Of a DNA stretch of 54,880 nt, positions 31,680-42,580 are shown one piece after another; the stretch's first letter is position 1; every line of letters starts with the position of its first letter. Source of the stretch: Methylococcales bacterium (lineage in GTDB: Bacteria > Pseudomonadota > Gammaproteobacteria > JABHGC01); contig JABHGC010000234.1 in assembly GCA_018672285.1 (NCBI GenBank), positions 1-54,880 on the forward strand. The letters run 5' to 3'. The notes under the pieces are model-generated. The model was given only the letters and a program-made list of their open reading frames with translations. It ran no database searches and had not been told where the DNA came from. A program made the translations under genes and the position numbers.

Positions 31680-32912
31680 ATGGATTTCTCAATCTTTATT
31701 ATTCTAGCCATCATTTTTGGTGCTTTTATGGCTTGGGGTGTTGGTGCAAATGACGTTGCGAATGCAATGGCGACCTCTGTTGGGTCTAAAGCCATTACCA
31801 TTAAGCAAGCCGTTATTATTGCAGCAGTTTTTGAATTTTCAGGTGCTTTTTTAGCGGGTGGTCAAGTCACCTCTACCATTCGAAAAGGCATTATAGACGC
31901 ATCTAATATTTCTCCAGAATTATTTATGGTTGGCATGCTAGGGGCTTTGTTAGCCGCAGGTTGTTGGCTGGTGATTGCGTCGATGAAAGGTTGGCCTGTG
32001 TCTACCACGCATTCTATCGTGGGTGCCATTGTTGGTTTTGCATTGGTTGCAGTCGGGGTTGAGGCTGTTCAATGGGGTAAGATTGGCACAATTGCAGCCA
32101 GCTGGGTTGTTTCACCTTTAATGTCAGGCTCTATTGCCTTTCTCATTGTGATGAGTTTTAAAAAATTCATTTTTGAGACACAGGACCCTGTCACAAATGC
32201 GAAGCGCGCAGCACCATTTTATGTGTTCATCGTCGGCTTTATTGTAACTTTGGTAACGATTACCAAGGGTTTAAAACACGTAGGGCTTGAAATCAGTACC
32301 ACTGAGTCAATTATTTACGCGAGTGTTTGTGGGGTTATTTTTGCTTTACTGAGTGTACGAGTAGTTGCACGCTTACACATGAAAAATAATGATAATCCAG
32401 CCATACATAACATTCAGAAAATTTTTAATGTGTTGATGATATTTACAGCGTGTGCAATGGCTTTTGCCCACGGCTCGAATGATGTCGCCAATGCAATTGG
32501 CCCTGTTGCTGCTATTGTGAGTGTGAGTAGCACACACACCATTGGTGCCAGTGCTGCGGTACCTATCTGGATTTTACTCCTTGGTGGTGTTGGTATTGTG
32601 CTGGGTCTTGCGACCTATGGTAAAAAAGTGATCGCAACGGTTGGCTCTGGGATTACGGAGTTAACACCAAGCAAAGGTTTTGCTGCAACTTTAGCAGCAG
32701 CTGTGACCGTAGTCGTTGCATCAGGGTTAGGTATGCCAATATCGACTACTCATACTTTAGTTGGTGCTATTTTAGGGGTGGGTTTTGCCTGCGCTCATGG
32801 TGTTAATATGGGCTTGATGCGAAATATCTTTATGTCTTGGGTCATTACTTTACCTGTTGGCGCACTCTTTTCGATTGTTTTCTTCTTCATGTTAAAAGCG
32901 GCACTTTTATAA
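31680..32912 (+). CDS. PiT-family inorganic phosphate transporter
   Basis: GANDVANA, PVSTTHS, AHGSNDVAN, PISTTH. Confidence 0.93.
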   Translation: MDFSIFIILAIIFGAFMAWGVGANDVANAMATSVGSKAITIKQAVIIAAVFEFSGAFLAGGQVTSTIRKGIIDASNISPELFMVGMLGALLAAGCWLVIASMKGWPVSTTHSIVGAIVGFALVAVGVEAVQWGKIGTIAASWVVSPLMSGSIAFLIVMSFKKFIFETQDPVTNAKRAAPFYVFIVGFIVTLVTITKGLKHVGLEISTTESIIYASVCGVIFALLSVRVVARLHMKNNDNPAIHNIQKIFNVLMIFTACAMAFAHGSNDVANAIGPVAAIVSVSSTHTIGASAAVPIWILLLGGVGIVLGLATYGKKVIATVGSGITELTPSKGFAATLAAAVTVVVASGLGMPISTTHTLVGAILGVGFACAHGVNMGLMRNIFMSWVITLPVGALFSIVFFFMLKAALL

Positions 32913-32933
32913 CCGCGCTCTTGGTTTTATATT

Positions 32934-33752
32934 ATGGCCACGATTGATGCTTATGCTGTCCTAGGGAACCCTATTGGTCACAGCAAATCTCCTGAAATTC
33001 ACACTTTATTTGCCAAGCAAACCGCACAAGCTTTGGTTTATACCGCCGACCTAGTCGCTTTAGACGGTTTTCAGCAGTATGTTAAGCAATTTCAAGCGGA
33101 TGGCGGTTGTGGGTTAAATATAACCGTTCCTTTTAAGCAAGAGGCATGGGCAGTGGTTGATCAGCGCAATGACTTGGCAGAACTTGCTGGTGCTGTGAAT
33201 ACCATTATGTTTAAAAATGGTCAGTTATTGGGCTTTAATACTGATGGTTTAGGTTTGGTTAAAGACTTAATCGAGAATTGCCACATACCGTTAGCCGAAC
33301 AGCGTGTTTTATTGTTAGGTGCTGGTGGTGCTACAAGAGGAGTGGTTTTACCTTTGTTTCAAGCTGGGGTTAAGTCAATGACCATTGCAAACCGGACAGC
33401 ACAAAAGGCAGAGGCGTTGGCCACTTTATTTTCTGAATATGGTGATGTTAACGGTGTTGGTTTGGATGCGATTTGTGGTTCGTTTGATGTGGTGATTAAT
33501 GCGACAGCAGCGGGTCTAAACAGAGATGTGCCTCAAATTGACCCAACCTTCGTAAAAAATGCGCTGTGTTATGACATGATGTATGGGGATAAGCCAACCG
33601 CTTTTGTGGAGTGGGCAAACTCTCATGGCGCAACTCGTGCCTTTGATGGGCTAGGAATGCTCGTTGAACAGGCTGCTGAGGCTTTCTTGATCTGGCGCGG
33701 TGTGCGGCCTAAAACGGATGAAGTTATTGCTCACTGCCGCACACAGTTGTGA
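32934..33752 (+). CDS. aroE: shikimate dehydrogenase
   Basis: GNPIGHSKSP, NITVPFK, NTDG, GAGGA, NRT, DGLGMLVEQA. Confidence 0.96.
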   Translation: MATIDAYAVLGNPIGHSKSPEIHTLFAKQTAQALVYTADLVALDGFQQYVKQFQADGGCGLNITVPFKQEAWAVVDQRNDLAELAGAVNTIMFKNGQLLGFNTDGLGLVKDLIENCHIPLAEQRVLLLGAGGATRGVVLPLFQAGVKSMTIANRTAQKAEALATLFSEYGDVNGVGLDAICGSFDVVINATAAGLNRDVPQIDPTFVKNALCYDMMYGDKPTAFVEWANSHGATRAFDGLGMLVEQAAEAFLIWRGVRPKTDEVIAHCRTQL

Positions 33753-33894
33753 TGTTTTGCGGCATAATCGCCGTCCATTGATTTTTGAAATACATTGTCT
33801 TCTTAGCTAAATGCTATACCCTAAGTGAACACTTCGTTTTGTCACTTATCTATCTTCGATAGTTGGCTCAGCGCTCATATATTGAGGCAGCCTA

Positions 33895-34548
33895 ATGACA
33901 AACCTACGCTTATGCTACCAAACCGTCGAGTTTGGAAAACTGGATATTCACCTGTGTACTTTACGCAATAAGCAAGAATTTTATGACCCGACAGGCATTG
34001 CAGAGCAACTGGGTATCTGCTCAGCATCTTGGCCTCTTTTTGGTGTCATTTGGCCTTCGAGCTTAGTGCTTGCTCACTTCATTCTTGACTATGAAACGGG
34101 CTCAAAACGAATATTGGAAGTAGGCTGCGGCATGGCGTTATCCAGCTTGCTGTTGAACAAGCAATGCGATGATATTACTGCAACGGACTACCACCCTGAA
34201 GTGAAGACTTTTCTACAAAGGAATACATTGCTTAATGACGATAGAGCAATTGCATTTGAGCAAGTAGATTGGACGGCTAAAAGTGACAACCTTGGCCTTT
34301 TTGACATGATTATTGGCAGCGACCTATTGTATGAGGACGCGCATATTGAATTATTGGCTGCTTTCATTGCCGCACATTCAAAGCCTGTTTGCGAAGTGAT
34401 TATCGTTGATCCAGGGCGTGGCAGAAAAAACAAGTTAAGCTCAAGAATGATGGAGTTCGGATTCAGCTCTTTTCACCAAAAACCCAACCATACAGACTAT
34501 CTCGACGAAGCATTCAAAGGCTACATTCTTAAGTTTGAGCGCAGCTAA
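33895..34548 (+). CDS. class I SAM-dependent methyltransferase (protein/lysine MTase-like)
   Basis: WP.S..LA, ILEVGCG, ATDY, IIGSDLLY. Confidence 0.85.
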   Translation: MTNLRLCYQTVEFGKLDIHLCTLRNKQEFYDPTGIAEQLGICSASWPLFGVIWPSSLVLAHFILDYETGSKRILEVGCGMALSSLLLNKQCDDITATDYHPEVKTFLQRNTLLNDDRAIAFEQVDWTAKSDNLGLFDMIIGSDLLYEDAHIELLAAFIAAHSKPVCEVIIVDPGRGRKNKLSSRMMEFGFSSFHQKPNHTDYLDEAFKGYILKFERS

Positions 34549-34551
34549 CCG

Positions 34552-35085
34552 TTATAAAGAGGCGAGTGTTCGGTCTTTTAGTTTTTTGTAATGATTTGAA
34601 GAGTACTGAAAAAATTCAATTTCTTTGTCGGTCAGTTCCCGGATTTTTCTGGCAGGTGTTCCTAACCATAAATGACCGCCAGTTAAGACCTTACCTGACG
34701 GGACTAAACTACCAGCACCAACAATGGTGTTGGGCTCCACAATGGCATTATCAAGAACAATAGAACCCATGCCAATTAAACAGTAATCGGCTATAGTGCA
34801 GCCATGTAAAATGACTTTGTGGCCAACGGTTACATGGTTACCAATGGTCAAAGGGGAGCCTTCAGGTTGGAAGGGGCTTGCGTGGGTGACGTGAAGTATA
34901 GAGCCATCTTGTATGTTAGTATAATCGCCGACACGAATGGCGTGCACATCGCCTCTGAGAACAGCCATTGGCCAGATTGAAGCGTGTTCACCTATACTAA
35001 CATTACCAGAGACATGTGCATCGCCATCTATGAAGGCAGAGTCCGCGATTTTCGGGTGAGTATCCTCAAAGGCACGTATTGTCAT
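34552..35085 (-). CDS. gamma carbonic anhydrase family protein (YrdA-like)
   Basis: LRGD, TNIQDGSILH, VGH...LHGC hexapeptide repeats. Start moved to the ATG at 35085 to avoid overlap with prlC. Confidence 0.9.
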   Translation of the reverse strand: MTIRAFEDTHPKIADSAFIDGDAHVSGNVSIGEHASIWPMAVLRGDVHAIRVGDYTNIQDGSILHVTHASPFQPEGSPLTIGNHVTVGHKVILHGCTIADYCLIGMGSIVLDNAIVEPNTIVGAGSLVPSGKVLTGGHLWLGTPARKIRELTDKEIEFFQYSSNHYKKLKDRTLASL

Positions 35086-35120
35086 ATTTATTTCAATCCA
35101 CTGTTTAAAGGCAACGCTGT

Positions 35121-37148
35121 ATGAATCCATTATTGGCCATCGAATCACTACCAGAATTTTCTCTGATCAAGCCTGAGCATGTAATACCAGCTATCGATCA
35201 GGTTTTAACAGAAAATAGAGAAGTGATACAGCTGCTGACTCAAAATATAAAGGCACCTAGCTGGGACAATTTTATTCAACCCTTAGAGCAAGCAGCGAAT
35301 AAATTAAACCGCGTGTGGTCACCGGTGAGTCATTTGAATTCAGTGATGAACAGTGATTCGTTAAAAGAAGCTTATCAATCATGCTTGCCTAAGCTGAGTG
35401 AATATAACACAGAGCTAGGCCAAAATAAGCAGTTATTTGAAGCTTATCAAGCAATTGAGCAAGCAGATTCGTTTACCTCATTATCGGAGTCACAGCAGAA
35501 AACCATCACTAATGCATTACGCGATTTTAAGTTAGCCGGTATTGATCTCGCGCCAGAAAAACAAACGCGTTATAAGGAAATCAAACAGCAGTTATCGAAA
35601 CTTACCAGCGACTTTCAACAAAATGTCATGGATGCAACCCTTGCTTGGTCTTATGCGATAGAAGATGAGTCACGCTTAAGTGGGCTGACGGATTCAGCCA
35701 AAGCATTGATGTCACAAGCGGCTAAAGCCAAATCACAAGAAGGTTGGCTGTTAAAACTTGATTTCCCGATTTATTTTGCCGTGATGAGTTACGCAGATGA
35801 TCAAGATTTAAGAAAAATGATGTATGAGGCTTATCAAACAAGAGCATCAGATCAAGGCCCTAACGCAGGGGAGTGGGATAACACCCCATTGATGAATGAC
35901 ATTATGGCATTGCGACATGAGCTCAGCCAATTATTGTCATTTGCTAATTATGCCGAATATTCGCTCGCAACCAAAATGGCATCATCTCCTGATGAGGTAT
36001 TGTCCTTTTTGAATGACTTAGTGGATAAGTCAAAATCTGTTGCTGAAAATGAGCTGCAAACATTGGTCGCATTTGCTAAATCAGACTTAAATATGGAGAC
36101 CTGTAATCCCTGGGATTTGATGTACGTTGCTGAAAAATATAAAAAAGCCACGTTTGATGTGAGCCAAGAAGAGGTGAAAGAATACTTTCCAATACAGGCT
36201 GTACTAAAGGGTATGTTTGGTATTGTTGAGAAGTTATTTGATATTCAAATTACCGAAAATAAAGCACAAAATGTATGGCATGAAGAAGTGCATTTTTTTG
36301 AAATTAAACAAAAAAATACGGTCATTGCTCAGTTTTATTTGGATTTATACGCCAGAGATTTCAAGCGTGGCGGAGCCTGGATGGATGAGTGTGTTGTCAG
36401 ACAATTAAGCCCAGAAGGGTTGCAGTTACCTGTTGCCTACCTTACCTGCAACTTTACGCCTGCAGTCGAGGGCAAGCCTGCCTTGTTGACACATGATGAA
36501 ATGACTACGTTGTTTCATGAGTTTGGCCATGGTTTACACCACATGTTGACCCAAATTGATGAACTCAGTGTTTCGGGGATCAATGGCGTTTCTTGGGATG
36601 CAGTTGAGCTGCCGAGCCAGTTTCTTGAGAATTGGTGTTGGCAGGAGGAGGCATTGGCTTTATTTTCAGGTCACTACGAGACGGGTGAACCATTGCCTCT
36701 TGATATGTTCAATAAGATGATAGCTGCGAAAAATTTCCAGTCTGGCATGCAAATGGTCAGACAATTAGAATTTGCGATATTTGATTTTAATATTCATTTA
36801 AAATACCACGAAGGGTTGGATATTTACGCAGAATTGAACGCAGTTAGAAAGCGGGTGGCTGTCATTATCCCTCCAGAAAATAACCGTTTTGCTCATGGCT
36901 TTAGTCATATTTTTGCAGGGGGTTATGCCGCAGGATATTACAGTTATAAATGGGCTGAAGTGTTGTCCAGTGATGCGTTTGCTAAATTTGAGGAAGAGGG
37001 GATTTTTAATGTCAGCACAGGCCAATTATTTTTAACCTCGATTTTGCAGCAAGGTGGCTCAAAAGATGCGATGACGTGCTTTAAGAATTTTCGTGGACGT
37101 GCACCAAGTATTGATGCATTGTTGCGACACAGCGGTATGGCAGCATGA
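35121..37148 (+). CDS. prlC: oligopeptidase A (M3)
   Basis: KRGGAWM, LFHEFGH, WDAVELPSQ, HIFAGGYAAGYYSYKWAE. Confidence 0.95.
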   Translation: MNPLLAIESLPEFSLIKPEHVIPAIDQVLTENREVIQLLTQNIKAPSWDNFIQPLEQAANKLNRVWSPVSHLNSVMNSDSLKEAYQSCLPKLSEYNTELGQNKQLFEAYQAIEQADSFTSLSESQQKTITNALRDFKLAGIDLAPEKQTRYKEIKQQLSKLTSDFQQNVMDATLAWSYAIEDESRLSGLTDSAKALMSQAAKAKSQEGWLLKLDFPIYFAVMSYADDQDLRKMMYEAYQTRASDQGPNAGEWDNTPLMNDIMALRHELSQLLSFANYAEYSLATKMASSPDEVLSFLNDLVDKSKSVAENELQTLVAFAKSDLNMETCNPWDLMYVAEKYKKATFDVSQEEVKEYFPIQAVLKGMFGIVEKLFDIQITENKAQNVWHEEVHFFEIKQKNTVIAQFYLDLYARDFKRGGAWMDECVVRQLSPEGLQLPVAYLTCNFTPAVEGKPALLTHDEMTTLFHEFGHGLHHMLTQIDELSVSGINGVSWDAVELPSQFLENWCWQEEALALFSGHYETGEPLPLDMFNKMIAAKNFQSGMQMVRQLEFAIFDFNIHLKYHEGLDIYAELNAVRKRVAVIIPPENNRFAHGFSHIFAGGYAAGYYSYKWAEVLSSDAFAKFEEEGIFNVSTGQLFLTSILQQGGSKDAMTCFKNFRGRAPSIDALLRHSGMAA

Positions 37149-37207
37149 AGCTTTAAGCAATTCATGCTAAATTTAGGTAATAGTCAATTCAAGGTAAAGG
37201 TTTTTTC

Positions 37208-38077
37208 ATGCGGTTAGCAGCGTTATTGGTTTTGTGGTGTATATCCGGGTTAGCACTTGCGGGTGAAACGGTTCGTATCACAGATAAACTCATTGTTGGT
37301 TTGTACGAAAATGATCAATTATCAGGAAGTACCATTACTGTTTTAAGAACGGATACGCCGCTTGAAGTATTGGATAAAAAGGGAAATTCATGGCAGGTGA
37401 AAACCTCTGATGGCACGGTTGGTTGGATGAAAAAAACGTATTTGACTACAAAAAAATCCAGCAAAATTCAGCTTATCGAACTGCAGATTAAATTCCGCGC
37501 ATCACAAGACAAACTGAAAAAAACGGAACAGAAAAATAAAACGCTTAGGGACGAAGTGGCCAAGCTAAAGAAAAACAAAGGCTCTGGTGTTTCTGTCCGG
37601 GACATGGATAAGGTAAAAAAAGAACTCAAGAAAGCATTGGTTGAATTGGCAGAATTTAAAAAGCAAAAAGAGGCAGTGACCACAGGAAAAGTGACTGCTG
37701 AAGATGCTGTCGCTTTAGCTGAAAAAGTAGCCGGCTTAGAGCTTGAACTGAGTAAAGCGACCGATGAAAATGTTGTGTTGAAAGCCGCCGCTGAACAAAT
37801 GCGAACAGCAGTGGGTGAAGCAAAAAACCCTGAGATAAATGCGTCAATGGATTCACTGAAGCTACAAAAAGAAAACAAACAACTCAAAGAAAAATTACAA
37901 CAAGTTAAAGCACTGGTTACAGGCGTTGGTGAGCTGGAAGAATCCTGGCTTGGTAGTATTTCAATTGTTTGGATTTTGATTATATTATCTATTTTATTAT
38001 TAGCAGGTTTCTTTGCCGGTATTACTTGGTTAGATTTCCGCCAGCGTCGTCGGCATGGTGGCTTCCGAGTTTATTAA
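37208..38077 (+). CDS. SH3-domain coiled-coil protein with a C-terminal TM (TIGR04211/YgiM-like)
   Basis: Signal peptide, bacterial SH3 (W.QVK..G..GW), coiled coil, TM and basic tail. Confidence 0.75.
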   Translation: MRLAALLVLWCISGLALAGETVRITDKLIVGLYENDQLSGSTITVLRTDTPLEVLDKKGNSWQVKTSDGTVGWMKKTYLTTKKSSKIQLIELQIKFRASQDKLKKTEQKNKTLRDEVAKLKKNKGSGVSVRDMDKVKKELKKALVELAEFKKQKEAVTTGKVTAEDAVALAEKVAGLELELSKATDENVVLKAAAEQMRTAVGEAKNPEINASMDSLKLQKENKQLKEKLQQVKALVTGVGELEESWLGSISIVWILIILSILLLAGFFAGITWLDFRQRRRHGGFRVY

Positions 38078-38080
38078 ACG

Positions 38081-39559
38081 ATGAAGTATAAAGATTTACG
38101 GGACTTTATTGCTCAATTAGAATCACGGGGTGAACTTAAGCGCATTAGTGCGGAAGTTGATCCTTATTTAGAAATGACTGAAATTTGTGATCGGGTATTG
38201 CGGGGCAAAGGTCCTGCGATTTTATTTGAGAACCCTAAAGGCTCAAATATTCCTGTATTGGCCAATTTATTTGGTACGCCTGAGCGAGTCGCCTATGGCA
38301 TGGGGGCAGAAAAAGTCAGTGCACTGCGAGATATTGGTCAGCTCTTAGCATTTCTTAAAGAACCAGAGCCGCCTGCAGGGTTTAAAGATGCCTGGGAGAA
38401 GCTTCCGATCTTTAAACAGGTGCTCAATATGGCACCGAAAGTACTACGCCGTGCTGAATGCCAGAAAGTGGTTTTAACGGGTGATGAGGTTGATTTAAGC
38501 CAAATCCCGATTCAAACGTGTTGGCCAGATGATGCTGGCCCTTTAATCACCTGGGCATTGGTTGTGACGAAAGGGCCGAACAAACCACGGCAAAATTTAG
38601 GTATTTATCGGCAGCAAGTGATTGGTAAAAATCGCGTTATTATGCGCTGGTTATCACACCGTGGTGGTGCATTAGATTTCCGAGAGTGGCAAATAGAGCA
38701 TCCTGGAGAACCTTTTCCTGTCGCAGTGGCTTTAGGTGCAGACCCGGCGACGATTTTGGGTGCGGTAACACCTGTGCCAGATACATTATCGGAGTATGCC
38801 TTTGCTGGCTTACTCAGGGGTGAAAAAACAGAAGTTGTAAAAGGCTTGTTATCAGATTTACAGGTGCCAGCCAGTGCTGAGTTTGTATTAGAAGGGTTTA
38901 TTTACCCCGATGATATGGCCGATGAAGGACCTTTTGGTGACCATACAGGTTACTATAATGAGGTTGACCAATTTCCTGTGTTTACCATTGAAAAAATCAC
39001 ACATCGGCCGGACCCCATTTACCACAGTACATATACCGGCCGCCCACCAGATGAGCCAGCCGTACTGGGTGTGGCACTCAACGAAGTATTTGTGCCCATT
39101 CTACAAAAGCAGTTTCCTGAAGTTGTGGATTTTTACTTGCCTCCAGAAGGGTGTTCTTATCGCGTTGCCGTGGTGAGTATGAAAAAGCAATATCCTGGCC
39201 ATGCTAAACGCGTGATGATGGGTGTATGGTCTTTTTTGCGGCAATTTATGTACACTAAGTTTGTCATTGTAACCGATGATGATATCAACGTCAGAGATTG
39301 GAACGATGTGATTTGGGCGATTACCACTCGGATGGATCCTGCTCGTGATTTAACATTAGTTGAAAACACACCCATAGATTATTTAGATTTTGCGTCACCT
39401 GTATCAGGGTTAGGCTCTAAAATGGGTTTTGATGCAACGAATAAGTGGCCAGGGGAAACAACCCGTGAGTGGGGTAAACCCATTGAGATGACGGCAGCGG
39501 TTAGAGATAAAGTGGATTCAATGTGGGATGCATTGGATATTAATTTAAAGGATGATTAG
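38081..39559 (+). CDS. ubiD: 4-hydroxy-3-polyprenylbenzoate decarboxylase
   Basis: [46 protein letters not shown]. Confidence 0.96.
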   Translation: MKYKDLRDFIAQLESRGELKRISAEVDPYLEMTEICDRVLRGKGPAILFENPKGSNIPVLANLFGTPERVAYGMGAEKVSALRDIGQLLAFLKEPEPPAGFKDAWEKLPIFKQVLNMAPKVLRRAECQKVVLTGDEVDLSQIPIQTCWPDDAGPLITWALVVTKGPNKPRQNLGIYRQQVIGKNRVIMRWLSHRGGALDFREWQIEHPGEPFPVAVALGADPATILGAVTPVPDTLSEYAFAGLLRGEKTEVVKGLLSDLQVPASAEFVLEGFIYPDDMADEGPFGDHTGYYNEVDQFPVFTIEKITHRPDPIYHSTYTGRPPDEPAVLGVALNEVFVPILQKQFPEVVDFYLPPEGCSYRVAVVSMKKQYPGHAKRVMMGVWSFLRQFMYTKFVIVTDDDINVRDWNDVIWAITTRMDPARDLTLVENTPIDYLDFASPVSGLGSKMGFDATNKWPGETTREWGKPIEMTAAVRDKVDSMWDALDINLKDD

Positions 39560-39562
39560 CAC

Positions 39563-39757
39563 ATGACCTTAACTCGAGCAAAAGAACTGCTAGAAGTACA
39601 AATTGGTATGGGTGGTGGATATAACCGTAATTCAGCTAAAATGATCTTAGCGGATGTGAGTAATGAGCATGGTCAGGCAGCTGTAGATCAACTCATTCGA
39701 ACCTTAAAACTAGATGAAATATTTGATCTAAAAGAAGGGATGAAGTTTAAGTTTTGA
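39563..39757 (+). CDS. small hypothetical protein, probably co-transcribed with ubiD
   Basis: 64-aa ATG ORF 3 bp after ubiD, with an AAGGA RBS and followed by a strong hairpin. Confidence 0.65.
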   Translation: MTLTRAKELLEVQIGMGGGYNRNSAKMILADVSNEHGQAAVDQLIRTLKLDEIFDLKEGMKFKF

Positions 39758-39765
39758 GTGATTTC

Positions 39766-39796
39766 ATTTCGAGTACCTGTTACAGGTACTCGAAAT
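39766..39796. terminator. long palindrome between convergent genes
   Basis: ATTTCGAGTACCTGT-T-ACAGGTACTCGAAAT (15-bp arms). Confidence 0.6.
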
Positions 39797-39829
39797 AAAG
39801 TGTAATAGCTGTTCAAAAATTTTTACTGT

Positions 39830-41452
39830 TTAAATATTTTTCTTTAATATTTCATAACTGTTGCCAATACTCCAATAGTGTAATGGCCCCCACGAACCAT
39901 CCGTTTTCTGTCTATTTCGTACAGTCACCCGATACACTCGAAATTTACCGGATACTGTTTCTTTAGCCATCCAAACACCTAAGTATTTAAATGTTCCTAC
40001 ATCCCAATGGTCGTTAACCCATCTTGCCTCTGTTCTTGTTTCCCAAGGCGCATATACACCAAGTTTAATGGGTTTATGACCAAATTTTTCCATGAGGACT
40101 TGAGAGACATTCGTGGCATCTGAACCAATGGGTTTAGCGCTACTTGGAAATGTTGCTGCAGCAATTTTAGCCGTCTTAAAATTGGCCTTTTGTTTATTTA
40201 AATTGGCGATAGACTCACCCAAGGTATCTATATTTTTACGAATGCTTGCTGCGTCTGTTTTTAGATTTTTTGCCTCTGAAGAGAGTGTTAATACTTCAGG
40301 TGTATTTGCCGTGGCTGCTGGGTAAACGACATCCACTGCATCAATGATGTTGCCAAAAAAATTAATCGACCACATTTCCACATTACCGGTGGCATAGGAA
40401 ACAGCTGCTGCATCAGAAGCTTTGGTGTCTTTTAATTGTTTTTGGGATTGAGCTACACTGGTTTTTGCAGAGTTAACAAGCGCTTGCATGGTGCGTTTTC
40501 GGTCGGTACTCCAGTAGTTGATATTATTTTCGAGTAGTGAGACCTGTAGGTCGAGTTCATAACCTTTTTCTGGTAAAACGTGCAGAATGGAAGCTTGGTC
40601 AGGAAACTGCTTGCGAAATGCGGCAACCAAATTTTCTGCGTTTGGTAAAATGGCATTAATCCGATCTGCTTTTTGTTGTAAATTCTCTAAGATGGACTTA
40701 ATTTTATCAATATCTCTGGTGGTGCTGTAGCCAGCTTCAGCACTGCTGATCGCCATCAGTGCATGGCGCCCCCCGGTAACGGCAGCAGTAATTTTTGGTG
40801 CTAATTGGTTGATGGCATTCATGACAGGCTTAATGCTATTTGCTGCTTGATCGCTAGCGGCTAATTTATCATTAATGCTTAATCTAAGGTTTGTAATACG
40901 TTGCGTTACAGACACAATCTTAGGGTGGTTAGGTGAGAACTTACCTTTATTCCATTTTAGCTTTTGTTTGAATCTATCATCAATATTGTCTAGCTGAGAC
41001 ATTGCGCGTTTAAATTTATTATTGTTAAGTTCAGCTTCTAGTGACGTCAAACTTTTTTCGATATTAGTAATATGGTATGCCAGTGAGCCAGACAGTTTTT
41101 CTGCTGGTTTCACACTATCTGTTGGTTTTGTTTCTGCAACAGCCGTTTTGGCCGCTGGAGATTGCCCTAGTTTACCTTTTAACGTGCTAATTCGGCTTTT
41201 CATGTCAACAATAGTGGGGTGTTTTTCGTCAAACTTACCTGAATAATATTCATAAATTGTTTTCAGCTCTTGTTCCGCGCTGTGCAAATAATCCTTAGCA
41301 TATTTTGCTTTATCTTGTGACATGTATTGTTCAGCTAGAGAGAGTGATTTGTTGACTTTATCTGCTCGATACTGAATTCGACTATCTAGGTCGGCAGCAA
41401 TACTTGCAGCCGACATCATTAAGCCCATGATAAGGATATGCAGCTGTTTCAT
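39830..41452 (-). CDS. secreted hypothetical protein (helical N-terminus, aromatic beta-rich C-terminus)
   Basis: Signal peptide, 540-aa ORF, AAGGA RBS, internal duplicated GKF...HP.IV motif. Confidence 0.75.
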   Translation of the reverse strand: MKQLHILIMGLMMSAASIAADLDSRIQYRADKVNKSLSLAEQYMSQDKAKYAKDYLHSAEQELKTIYEYYSGKFDEKHPTIVDMKSRISTLKGKLGQSPAAKTAVAETKPTDSVKPAEKLSGSLAYHITNIEKSLTSLEAELNNNKFKRAMSQLDNIDDRFKQKLKWNKGKFSPNHPKIVSVTQRITNLRLSINDKLAASDQAANSIKPVMNAINQLAPKITAAVTGGRHALMAISSAEAGYSTTRDIDKIKSILENLQQKADRINAILPNAENLVAAFRKQFPDQASILHVLPEKGYELDLQVSLLENNINYWSTDRKRTMQALVNSAKTSVAQSQKQLKDTKASDAAAVSYATGNVEMWSINFFGNIIDAVDVVYPAATANTPEVLTLSSEAKNLKTDAASIRKNIDTLGESIANLNKQKANFKTAKIAAATFPSSAKPIGSDATNVSQVLMEKFGHKPIKLGVYAPWETRTEARWVNDHWDVGTFKYLGVWMAKETVSGKFRVYRVTVRNRQKTDGSWGPLHYWSIGNSYEILKKNI

Positions 41453-41605
41453 GATGATGTGTTCCTTGTGAGATTGAATAAGGTTTTCCTACCCATATAA
41501 CCTGATACTTTATCAGGTATCGTCTTCTGTATTCAATAATTTAATCATAGGGCAGGGCATTTTTATCAGGGGTGTGCGAGCGGTATATCATTGTGAATGA
41601 ATAAC

Positions 41606-42478
41606 TCAATCGGGACTAGAATGATTCACAAAACAGTGCAGTAATCCCTTAGAAAGGGTTGGATAGTTAAATTGAAAACCTAAACTGAGCACCCTGTCAT
41701 TTTTTATTCGGCGTGACTCTCTCATATAAGACATCATACCCGGGCTGAGCTGTTTCTCAGCTTCAGCTAAGGTGAGCTCTGATGGCCTTGCAAGCCCAAA
41801 AGTATCTGCAAGTTGGGTAAAGTAGTCCCACATAGTGGAGGGGTTGCCATCACAGGCATTATACAGTGAATGCTCTGTTGTGTGCATCATGACATGTAGA
41901 CACAACTTAGCTAAGTCGTCAGCATGTATTCTGTTGGTATAGCCTGATTCTGCTTGGCAGACGATGGGTTTGCCCGCTTCTAGGCGTTCTAGAGGGACTT
42001 TATTTGGCCCATAAATGCCAGGTACTCTGAGAATAACATACTGTATTTTATGCAGCTCACACCATTGTACCAGGTGTTGCTCTGCATCATATCGGCGTTT
42101 TGCTCTGTCTGCGATGGGGTGGGGCGGTGTTGTTTCTTCTATCCAGTCACCTGCTGCATCCCCATAGACACCAGTTGTACTAATGAGTACGAATTTTTCG
42201 ATGCTGGGTTTAAGGTGCTGCAAAAAGGCTTTAATCCTGTTGTCTTTATCACCGGTTGTTGGCGGTGGTGCAAAATAAAATACTTGATTAAAACCTGAGA
42301 GGGTCGAATTTAGGTTGTCTAAATCTGCTCGTAGAGGGGTAATATTGCCTTGTTTTAGGTACGCTTCCGTTGCTGCTGATTTGATTATTCCTGTAACAGG
42401 CCCAGATAACAATTTTGCAACTCTCTGACCAATATAGCCACACCCTGCGATGAGTGTATTATTATTGTGTGTCGTCAT
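41606..42478 (-). CDS. NAD-dependent epimerase/dehydratase (atypical SDR)
   Basis: IAGCGYIG, ISTTGVYG, LRVPGIYGP, NRIHADD. Confidence 0.88.
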   Translation of the reverse strand: MTTHNNNTLIAGCGYIGQRVAKLLSGPVTGIIKSAATEAYLKQGNITPLRADLDNLNSTLSGFNQVFYFAPPPTTGDKDNRIKAFLQHLKPSIEKFVLISTTGVYGDAAGDWIEETTPPHPIADRAKRRYDAEQHLVQWCELHKIQYVILRVPGIYGPNKVPLERLEAGKPIVCQAESGYTNRIHADDLAKLCLHVMMHTTEHSLYNACDGNPSTMWDYFTQLADTFGLARPSELTLAEAEKQLSPGMMSYMRESRRIKNDRVLSLGFQFNYPTLSKGLLHCFVNHSSPD

Positions 42479-42580
42479 GAGGGGATATACCTTTTAAAAG
42501 CAGTTTTGTATGGCAATTGGTTTTGGCACTTTCGTGTGAAGATATTATTCTGTGTCTTATCTCGATGGTAAGCTGATTAA

